This document shows positions 1 to 7,697 of a stretch of 64,000 bases of DNA, piece by piece. The DNA is taken from the IMG/VR virus record IMGVR_UViG_3300009551_000003, positions 54,696 to 118,695 of that record. The stretch is one strand, 5' to 3'. Numbering within the stretch: the first letter of the stretch is position 1; each line of letters starts with the position of its first letter. The position numbers were made by a program, and so were the translations under genes. The stretch is from a virus. The notes below the pieces were generated by a model. It did no database searches and was not told the origin of the DNA. It saw only the letters and a list, made by a program, of their open reading frames with translations.

Positions 1-1293
1 AGAATCTTGCAAGTCGCGGCGGCCGACGAGCTTGGCGGGCGGTTGCGCGAGGCTACGCCAACCCGGGCCGGAGTTGATGCCACGGCGACCGCTCTCGCGG
101 CAATGGTCTACGACGATCCGAAGTCAACTGACGCGCAGAAGGTTGACGCCAAAAAGATTATCGACGAGGCCGGCGGGCTGGAGGCGGCGCAAGCATTGGT
201 CAAAGCTACGAAGATCATGGGTGACAAAGACGCCAGTCAGAATACGACGAACGCGGCCAAGACATTGATCAATGCTTTCTATAAAAACGCCCCTCCGGAA
301 GTGATCAAGGCCTACGCTATGAACCTTGACACGATAGGTGGTAAGGGCAACTTCCCGATCGCTGCTGCCGATATCATCTATAACTACGAGGTAAATGCGA
401 ACAATGCCGCGCGAGCGGCCGACAAGAGTAAAGAGGCGCCAATTCTGAAGACCGAAACCGTGGACGGCTACATTCGATTACCGGACGTGAACATTGTGCG
501 CAACGGCGCCGCCTCGACCACGGTCAGTCGAGACGTGGCAAATGGCTGGGGCGGCACAGTTAACAACGTGCCATCCGGTATTGATCGGCGAGAAGTGATC
601 GACTACGCGAATCAGGAGTTCAAGAATATCGGAGGATACGACGGCGTCAAAGCTGCTATTCGCGCCAAGTGGGAGACGACGCAATATCTGCTTGACCGTG
701 CTGACATGCCCGTGGTGCAAGTCTATCGCGGGATCAATATGGAGCATAGACCCGACGTGACCACTAGTCAGAAAGGCGAGTTCAACCCGCCGACAAGTGG
801 AATGGTGTCAGGCTATAAAGTCGGCCACGGCGACCCCTCGGATATGGGGCCTCTGAATCTGAAAGACTTCGATATTGGTGCTGTACTGAAGATCGCGTCG
901 GGGAAGACGATCACAAAAGATAGCGCCATCGATCCGCCGGGCAATAAAGGCAGCGGCATTGGTACATGGACATACGATGAAGCCCCGACTGTTTCGCGGC
1001 GTATCGTGCTTCGTGCGGAAGTGCCTCGCACCGCTGTTATCTCGGTTCCGGCGTATGGAGTCAATGTCAAGAGCGAACAGGAAGTGGTTGTCGTTGGTAC
1101 TGCATGGCGTGATTGGGACGCATGGTCAGGGAGAGCCCCATCGTTTACCGAAGTGCCGCTGCATACGAAACGAACTGAAGACACGACTGCGGCATTCGAC
1201 AAGTGGGTCTCCGATAACGCTACACAAGAAGCCGCTGAGATGGCCGGCATTGATAAGCTTGTCACCGAACTGAAACAAAAGAAAGCCGCGTGA
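1..1293 (+). CDS. 5'-truncated large protein with ADP-ribosyltransferase-like (R-S-E class) C-terminal region, probably head-associated
   Basis: Frame is open from base 1. Motifs VYRG (721-732), ASTT (511-522) and SEQEVVV (1072-1092). Lies upstream of the scaffold gene. Confidence 0.6.
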   Translation, partial: RILQVAAADELGGRLREATPTRAGVDATATALAAMVYDDPKSTDAQKVDAKKIIDEAGGLEAAQALVKATKIMGDKDASQNTTNAAKTLINAFYKNAPPEVIKAYAMNLDTIGGKGNFPIAAADIIYNYEVNANNAARAADKSKEAPILKTETVDGYIRLPDVNIVRNGAASTTVSRDVANGWGGTVNNVPSGIDRREVIDYANQEFKNIGGYDGVKAAIRAKWETTQYLLDRADMPVVQVYRGINMEHRPDVTTSQKGEFNPPTSGMVSGYKVGHGDPSDMGPLNLKDFDIGAVLKIASGKTITKDSAIDPPGNKGSGIGTWTYDEAPTVSRRIVLRAEVPRTAVISVPAYGVNVKSEQEVVVVGTAWRDWDAWSGRAPSFTEVPLHTKRTEDTTAAFDKWVSDNATQEAAEMAGIDKLVTELKQKKAA

Positions 1294-1772
1294 TGGATAT
1301 CGATCTCAATGATCACGGCGATCCCCATTGGTTGTCAGGAAAGGGCAAAGCCAATCGCGACGCTATCCGGCGCAAGCATCGCGCGGCGCACGTGCTCACT
1401 CGCGAGCGCGTGCACAAGCCGGCATCTCCGGAGACGCGTGCCAAGCTGGAGAAGTCGCTGCTCGCCTACAACGAGCGCGTGCTGGCAAAAGCTCGGGTCA
1501 AGATCGAAACTGAAAAGCAGGCTGTCGGAAAGAGCCACAGAGATATCGTTGCGATCTTCAATGCAGCACTGGCGATCCTCGACGCATCCGAACCGATCAT
1601 GCGTGAGATGATCGAGAGCGATTTGATGGACGTGGCAGGATCGAACAGCACAAAGCGCACAAGCGCGAAAAAGGCGACCGACGCGCTGATGAAGAAGATC
1701 ACGGCCGTTCGCGTCAAGGCGATCAAGGACGCGTTCCGGCACCTGAGAGCGAATCTGCCCAATGACGTATAA
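1290..1772 (+). CDS. hypothetical basic protein
   Basis: 160-aa ORF overlapping the stop of the upstream gene; fits operon packing. Confidence 0.6.
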   Translation: MMDIDLNDHGDPHWLSGKGKANRDAIRRKHRAAHVLTRERVHKPASPETRAKLEKSLLAYNERVLAKARVKIETEKQAVGKSHRDIVAIFNAALAILDASEPIMREMIESDLMDVAGSNSTKRTSAKKATDALMKKITAVRVKAIKDAFRHLRANLPNDV

Positions 1773-2733
1773 CCCAAGCGAGGCTCGAAACAACCATGGC
1801 GAATTTGGCACCACCGACGTCGCTCTCAAAGGCCCGGCGCCTCCGCAATCGAACGTGCGACCCGTCGCAACTGCCAGACCTATTGCGCCCGCTGCTCACG
1901 CTGGGGCGGATTCGCCGGAAGCCTCCCAGCTTCAAGCCCAGAAAGTCGCTGGGGGATATCAGCCGCTAGTCGGGCTGCCGGACAAACCCATCCAAGTCGC
2001 CGGCCAGTGGTACACACCCGGGCCGATCGGCCGGCTCAAGGACGCGGCGGCGGAGTACATGAAGACGGCCGGGCTCCCTTACAACCCGCCAACCGAATAC
2101 GCGAAGCTCGACAAGACCCGGGCGGCAGAGATCGCCGATGCGTTCGAGAAGGAAAAGGCCGAACCGAATGACCCGAAGGTGAAGGCCAGTTACGATGCGA
2201 TGGTGAAAGAAACGCTCGCGCAGTGGGATACGATCAAGGGCACCGGCCTGAAGGTCGAATGGGTAAAGCCCGGCCAGCCTGATCCATACGCGGCTAGCCC
2301 GCGCCTTGCTGCGCTCGACGTGAGCATGAACAATCATTGGTGGGGCTTCCCCACTGATCAGGGCTTCGGATCAGGACCCGACGCCGCGAAGTACATGAAG
2401 GACAACCCATTGCTCAAGCCGACAGGCGAAGTGATCGACGGGCGCCCCGTAGTCGCCAACGACGTCTTCCGGATCGTGCACGACATGATGGGGCATCTGA
2501 AGGAAGGCAATGGCTTCAGAGCCGAGGGCGAAGAGAATGCGTGGCGCTCTCACGCTGCGATGTATTCGGACCTCGCGCGGCCGGCCATGACAAATGAGAC
2601 GCGTGGACAAAATTCGTGGGTCAACTTTGGACCCTACGGCGAAAAGAACCGGACGGCGAATGCGGCTGATACGCACTTCGCTCCACAGAAGATCGGATTG
2701 CTGCCGGAGCGATTCGTGAATGAAGGTCGATAA
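1762..2733 (+). CDS. conserved phage protein with HDxxGH (zincin-like) motif and short EARNNHGEF leader
   Basis: NDVFRIVHDMMGH...EGEENAW...ETRGQNSWVN block, similar to domains of phage polyvalent proteins. Confidence 0.6.
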   Translation: MTYNPSEARNNHGEFGTTDVALKGPAPPQSNVRPVATARPIAPAAHAGADSPEASQLQAQKVAGGYQPLVGLPDKPIQVAGQWYTPGPIGRLKDAAAEYMKTAGLPYNPPTEYAKLDKTRAAEIADAFEKEKAEPNDPKVKASYDAMVKETLAQWDTIKGTGLKVEWVKPGQPDPYAASPRLAALDVSMNNHWWGFPTDQGFGSGPDAAKYMKDNPLLKPTGEVIDGRPVVANDVFRIVHDMMGHLKEGNGFRAEGEENAWRSHAAMYSDLARPAMTNETRGQNSWVNFGPYGEKNRTANAADTHFAPQKIGLLPERFVNEGR

Positions 2734-3077
2734 TGTCGATCGTAGAAATCCACGAACACGGTAGCGAGGGCTGGGATCGGCATCGTGCGAAGCACATGCC
2801 GAGGCACTTGAAGGTCTATGGTCGGCCGCTTCATCACTGGGCGCGTGTGCTCGCTGGCGCCGACTTGAAACAGATCGAGGCAGCCATCAAGATTGGACTC
2901 ACCTCTCAGGACGATAACACAACGATTGCTCACCGCGTCATCGGAAGCCGCCGGCTTAACGGCGTCAATGGCGCGACTGAGATCACGAGGCGACACATCC
3001 TCCACCTAGGTAGGGGATACTTGCGTAAGAGAAAATCCCGCATGAGCGGGTCTTCATCGGATGTCCGATCGAAGTAA
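2733..3077 (+). CDS. short protein resembling part of a MuF/minor head morphogenesis protein
   Basis: GRPLHHW...DLKQIEAAIKIG...IAHRVIGSRRLNGVNGATEITRR resembles the middle segment of minor head proteins. Confidence 0.5.
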   Translation: MSIVEIHEHGSEGWDRHRAKHMPRHLKVYGRPLHHWARVLAGADLKQIEAAIKIGLTSQDDNTTIAHRVIGSRRLNGVNGATEITRRHILHLGRGYLRKRKSRMSGSSSDVRSK

Positions 3078-3093
3078 CCACCAAGAGGATGCT

Positions 3094-3951
3094 ATGAAAC
3101 TTAAAACCGTATACGCCACAGTCGAGGAAATTCCCGAAGGCTATGGCGATCTCTACACCGAACGCAATGGCCAGTGGGAGTTGACTGCCGTCGAGGGTGT
3201 GAAGACCCAAGCCGATGTCGATCGCGTCCAAGAATCCCTCCGCAAGGAACGTGCCGACCACAAGGCAACCAAAGACAAGTTCACGCCTTTCGCTGAGCTT
3301 GACCCCGCTGAAGTTCTCGAAAAGCTGGAAGGTTACGACAGCCTTGTCGAGCAGAACGAAGCTCTCAAGGCCGGCGGCCAGTTCGACGAAGCGAAGGCCG
3401 AGCCGATCATTCAGGCACGTGTGCGTCAGGCGATCGGTCCGCTGGAGCGTGACAAAGTTTCGCTCCAGAAGCAAATCGAAGAGCGCAACCGCAAACTTGC
3501 TGAGAAGGATAGCGAGGTCTCCACGCTCAAACACACCATCACCTCCGGCACAGTCGAGCGGGAAATCCGCGACGCTGCTGTCGAGGCAAAGGTGATCGGG
3601 CCGGCGATCGGTGACGTGGTACTCAATGGCAACCGCGTGTTCGAGTTGACCGAAGACGGTCGAGTTGTCACTCGGGATGTACCGGGTGTTACCCCGGGCC
3701 TCACGCCGAAGGAATGGCTGAAGGACAAGCAGGAAAGTGCACCGCATTGGTGGCCTGCCTCGGTCGGCGGCGGCTCTCGCGGCGGTGGCGGACCGGGCGG
3801 TGCCGGAGTGGGCGCCAACAATCCTTGGTCAAAGGAAGGTTGGAATCTCACCAAGCAGGGCGCGTTCGTCCGCGAGCACGGCGAGGCAAAGGCTGCGGAA
3901 GCGGCTGCGCGTGTCGGCTCCAAGCTCGGAGCGACCAAGCCGGGAGCGTAA
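3094..3951 (+). CDS. capsid scaffolding protein
   Basis: GAGGA RBS before ATG 3094. MKLKTVY..EEIPEGY.DLYTE N-terminus, coiled coil, Gly linker, C-terminal NPWSKEGWNLTKQG. Confidence 0.8.
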   Translation: MKLKTVYATVEEIPEGYGDLYTERNGQWELTAVEGVKTQADVDRVQESLRKERADHKATKDKFTPFAELDPAEVLEKLEGYDSLVEQNEALKAGGQFDEAKAEPIIQARVRQAIGPLERDKVSLQKQIEERNRKLAEKDSEVSTLKHTITSGTVEREIRDAAVEAKVIGPAIGDVVLNGNRVFELTEDGRVVTRDVPGVTPGLTPKEWLKDKQESAPHWWPASVGGGSRGGGGPGGAGVGANNPWSKEGWNLTKQGAFVREHGEAKAAEAAARVGSKLGATKPGA

Positions 3952-3983
3952 TGCAACTCCCCTAATCTGCTAGGTTACAGGCT

Positions 3984-4022
3984 AGGGCGTCGCGTATATC
4001 ATACGCGACGCCCTCTGTCTTG
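3984..4022 (+). terminator. hairpin/terminator after scaffold
   Basis: AGGGCGTCGCGTAT-ATC-ATACGCGACGCCCT perfect stem followed by CTGTCTT. Confidence 0.6.
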
Positions 4023-4046
4023 GACTGAAGCAAATGGGATTATACC

Positions 4047-4214
4047 ATGACCGATGTAACTGTTGCTCTTGTGGACATCCCGGTCACGAACATTCCAAGT
4101 GTCATTGACGTGCCGGTTACGCCGATCGTCTCGAACATCCCGGTTACTCCCGTGATCCCGCAAGTCACTCTTGAAGTCGGCGCCGGCAGTAGCGGCAATG
4201 GACCTCCCGCATGA
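4047..4214 (+). CDS. 55-aa Val/Ile/Pro-rich protein (not in ORF track), ends SSGNGPPA
   Basis: Hand translation MTDVTVALVDIPVTNIPSVIDVPVTPIVSNIPVTPVIPQVTLEVGAGSSGNGPPA; ATGA overlap with next gene. Confidence 0.65.
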   Translation: MTDVTVALVDIPVTNIPSVIDVPVTPIVSNIPVTPVIPQVTLEVGAGSSGNGPPA

Positions 4215-6748
4215 GCATCGTAGACGGACAATTCTATATCAACAACCTCAATGGTGACTACTATTTGAGGGAGAACGGCGCGTGGGTCCTGAGAGGGAAC
4301 ATCGAATCGCTAGGGTTCGCCGACGTGCTCGGTCTTGTGCAACCCGGGGATACTGATCAAACGGCTGCGCTAGCGCGTGCTATCGCTACCGGCAAACCGA
4401 TCATGTTCCGCTACAACGGAGGCACGCCGTATGTGATCTCTGCGCGTCAGACTGTTCCGGCTAATACCGCGATCTTTGGATTTGGTGGCCGTGCCGTGAT
4501 CTCCATGGCGGTTACGGGCCAATTGTTCTTGATGAACGCCGTCTCCGGAGTTCGGATCAAAGACCTCAAGGTCATTGGAAATAAAGCGGCTGTCACTGCG
4601 GGTCCTCCTATCGACTTTGAAGGCGCCTCTGACTGTGTTCTAGACGATTGCGATTTCACGGATTGCAGCCGAGAGATTCGATTGTTCGCAGGCACGAACA
4701 ACGTGCGAGTGCGACGCGTCAGCTATACAAACAGCGGACAGCACGGTCTCCAGATCGACAACTCATTCAACAACACCGTCTCGCAATTCAATGTCAACGG
4801 CAGCGTCGGTTTCGGCATCATCCTGACCGGGGGTTCGCACGAAAACGAACTTTCGTTCAACAAGACTTTCAGTAACGGTATCGAGCTTATCGGTATCACC
4901 TACGAGTGTTGGGGCAACCGTGTCATCGGCAACCACGCTGAAGGGACTGGCGACAACGGCATCTCGATCACGGGGTTCGACAATCTTGTCGTCGGTAATA
5001 TCTGCCGCTTCAACTCCAACAACGGCATTCACGTCTACGGCAACAACAACACGGTCGTAGGCAACAACTGCAAGAACAACAACCAACGCTTCCTAAGCGA
5101 TGGCGTCTCGACCTTCTCCGGCATTGAGGTAGGTCCTGCGTTCGGTGGTGCATGCTGGGATAATACGATCACTGGCAACATCTGCTCGGACGATCAAGTC
5201 GTGCCTACTCAAACGTATGGAACGCACGTCCAACCGAACGTGATGGCGCAATGGGCAACGGGCGTTGTGACCGGCGTTCGTGCCGTAGTCTTCAATGGCA
5301 CGAATGCTTACATCGCGACCTCGGCCGGCACCACGGGTGTAACCGCGCCAGTGCACACGACTGGAACTGTCTCAGACGGCGGAGTGAACTGGCTCTTCCT
5401 GTTTGGCTTGCACACGGACAATACCACGTTGGGCGCGGCTGGAAATGCGTTGATCGGCAATACGTGTGTTGGCAACCGCATTGCACCGTCGCTTGATGAC
5501 AGTCAAAATAATAACAGCGATATCGGTGGACCCGATTCGATGCTTCGAAGCATCAAGAACATTCCGCCAAACTCCAATGTGACGGGCGTAGGCGGCAACA
5601 TGGTTCTCCGTCGCGGCGTCGGCCAGCCGTGGCTCGCGGCGTATGTGAACTCTGGAGCAACCACTGCAAATCGAGGCTTGTGGCAGCCGGTGCAGATTAG
5701 GGCACTCGGTTTGCATTCGGTCAGGCCGTCGAGCGGGTCGGTCGGTTCCGGGTTCGAGGGCTCACAGTGGTATGATCTTGACGAAGGACGCATGGTCATC
5801 GCGGCCGGCGGCGCGCGTGGCGGTGCGTGGCTCGACGCTCTAAGCCGACAGGACCCCGTCACCGGAGTTTCGGCTGCCGGCACTGGGCAAAGCGATGCTA
5901 CACTGTTGGCATACGCGCACAATACAATCAGCACCGTGGCGGCCGGCGCCGGAGTCAAACTGCCGGTGATCACGTTCCCCGGTGAGGAGATGACGGTCTT
6001 CAACGATGGTGCCAACAATCTGCTCGTCTACCCGTCCACGGGAGCACAGATCAACGCGCTTGGCGCTAACAATCCGTTCACTCTGCCGACTGGGCAGGCG
6101 ATCACCTTTAGGACTTCATCCTCGACCCTATGGCGCACTCCAGCGCTCAACGTCTCGACGAGTGGCGGCGTTACGCCGATCACGCATACCGTGGGCAATT
6201 GGTATCTTCCGGAAGATATCCGCGTAACAGGTACGATCGCGGGCAGCGCGAACCAAATCAGGTTGTTTCCATTCATCGCGAATGAGAGTATCACGATCAG
6301 TCAGCTTGGGTCTTTCCTTGTCACTGGACAGGCAGCAGCCAATCTGCAATTGGCGATATATGCGGCTGATCCGACGACGCATCTCCCCACGGGGCCGGCT
6401 CTTAGCAGCACTGCGAGTATAGCAGTAGCCGTAGCTAATCAAGGCAGCGTATCCGCCGCTCTCGGGAGCAATGTCGCGCTGGTAAAGGGCAATCTCTATT
6501 ATCTGGCAGACAACGTGGATACGGCGTCTGTTTCGTTCACCTCACTGCATTCACTCGGCGTCATCGCTGCATATGCGATTGGCGATGCCACGTTGAGCAA
6601 CGTTCTTAATAGCCAAACTGACCTCGGGGGCTATTTCTTTTCGCAGACGTTCAATACATGGCCGACATTCACTGGAGCTTCGTCCTTCACGAGGGCTCAG
6701 GGTCCCAGTCTCGTCGCTATCGCGTTCAAAGTCGCAAGTGTACCGTAA
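4211..6748 (+). CDS. fibre/spike protein with right-handed beta-helix (pectate-lyase-like) domain and CBM-like module
   Basis: Asn/Gly-rich parallel beta-helix repeats (N.V.GN.C..N..NGI) and the module WATG...AYIATSAGTTG...TVSDGGVNW. Confidence 0.75.
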   Translation: MSIVDGQFYINNLNGDYYLRENGAWVLRGNIESLGFADVLGLVQPGDTDQTAALARAIATGKPIMFRYNGGTPYVISARQTVPANTAIFGFGGRAVISMAVTGQLFLMNAVSGVRIKDLKVIGNKAAVTAGPPIDFEGASDCVLDDCDFTDCSREIRLFAGTNNVRVRRVSYTNSGQHGLQIDNSFNNTVSQFNVNGSVGFGIILTGGSHENELSFNKTFSNGIELIGITYECWGNRVIGNHAEGTGDNGISITGFDNLVVGNICRFNSNNGIHVYGNNNTVVGNNCKNNNQRFLSDGVSTFSGIEVGPAFGGACWDNTITGNICSDDQVVPTQTYGTHVQPNVMAQWATGVVTGVRAVVFNGTNAYIATSAGTTGVTAPVHTTGTVSDGGVNWLFLFGLHTDNTTLGAAGNALIGNTCVGNRIAPSLDDSQNNNSDIGGPDSMLRSIKNIPPNSNVTGVGGNMVLRRGVGQPWLAAYVNSGATTANRGLWQPVQIRALGLHSVRPSSGSVGSGFEGSQWYDLDEGRMVIAAGGARGGAWLDALSRQDPVTGVSAAGTGQSDATLLAYAHNTISTVAAGAGVKLPVITFPGEEMTVFNDGANNLLVYPSTGAQINALGANNPFTLPTGQAITFRTSSSTLWRTPALNVSTSGGVTPITHTVGNWYLPEDIRVTGTIAGSANQIRLFPFIANESITISQLGSFLVTGQAAANLQLAIYAADPTTHLPTGPALSSTASIAVAVANQGSVSAALGSNVALVKGNLYYLADNVDTASVSFTSLHSLGVIAAYAIGDATLSNVLNSQTDLGGYFFSQTFNTWPTFTGASSFTRAQGPSLVAIAFKVASVP

Positions 6749-6762
6749 ACAGGAGAACTTCT

Positions 6763-7056
6763 ATGTCAGCATTTAGAGGCATCGCATTCATCACTCTGCC
6801 CCCTACCGTTCAAGTAAACGGGAGTACGGATGGTGATTATCCCGATATCACTAAACTCTATTTGATGATCAACGGTTACGCAACGGACGGTGCTATACGG
6901 CACCAAATCGATAATGTTGTGGCGCTCCCGTTCGATCTTGATCATGCCGCGATGGATAATCTAATCCGGACTGCTATATGCGATCAATTTGCGGTTAGCT
7001 GGAGTATTTTCCTCGATCCGAAGGATATCTATTTCCCGCTAGCCGTTTCGAGTTAA
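6763..7056 (+). CDS. hypothetical protein (possible fibre chaperone)
   Basis: AGGAG RBS before ATG 6763, directly after the fibre gene. Confidence 0.6.
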   Translation: MSAFRGIAFITLPPTVQVNGSTDGDYPDITKLYLMINGYATDGAIRHQIDNVVALPFDLDHAAMDNLIRTAICDQFAVSWSIFLDPKDIYFPLAVSS

Positions 7057-7068
7057 GGATCAGGATCA

Positions 7069-7437
7069 ATGACTGCCAAAGTAACATTCCCGCAACCAAA
7101 CAACGCGTGGCTCTTGCTTGCCTTCCGATTCGGAACGCAAGGCGACACCTCATGGTCGTTCGTTGGCAAGCACTTCCTGTGCGACTTCAAAGCTGATCCC
7201 GGACAAGACGATGCCGACTTGGCGACCTCCTCGATCGGGAGCCCGCAAACCATCCTCGTGCTGGATACCGTCAATCGCATCCTGCAATTCAACCTGACGG
7301 ATCATCAGCTTCGTGCTGCGCTGGAGCCGGGGCCATACAGCTTCGATATGATCATGGTGGACGATGTTACGGGCGAGCGCGACGTGCTCATGACCGGCGT
7401 GATGACGCTAACCCAAGGTGTCACGATCGAGGACTGA
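7069..7437 (+). CDS. small beta-rich structural/adaptor protein (BppU N-terminal-like)
   Basis: ..PGPYSFDMIMVD..G....LMTGVMTLTQGVT C-terminus typical of fibre adaptor Ig-like domains. Confidence 0.55.
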   Translation: MTAKVTFPQPNNAWLLLAFRFGTQGDTSWSFVGKHFLCDFKADPGQDDADLATSSIGSPQTILVLDTVNRILQFNLTDHQLRAALEPGPYSFDMIMVDDVTGERDVLMTGVMTLTQGVTIED

Positions 7438-7439
7438 AG

Positions 7440-7697
7440 ATGGCTTTTGAAGAGAACCCTTGGTCGGACGAATTTTGGAATCTGACGCAACAGGGTGCAT
7501 ACATCAAGCAGTTCGGTGTCGAAGTCGCGAAGACGAAAGCTCGTCAGGCTGGCACGAAGCTCTATGCCGCGCGTAAGACCGCTCCGAAGCCGGAGCTTCG
7601 TGTTCTCGTGCAGCGTCGCAACCTTGTCGTCGGCGGAGGTACAGTGGGCGGCCTCCCGGCTGATGCTCTTACGAGTGGCGACGGGCCTCCGACGTGA
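7440..7697 (+). CDS. 85-aa protein containing a copy of the scaffold C-terminal motif, ends TSGDGPPT
   Basis: NPWSDEFWNLTQQGAYIKQFG aligns with scaffold NPWSKEGWNLTKQGAFVREHG. Confidence 0.7.
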   Translation: MAFEENPWSDEFWNLTQQGAYIKQFGVEVAKTKARQAGTKLYAARKTAPKPELRVLVQRRNLVVGGGTVGGLPADALTSGDGPPT

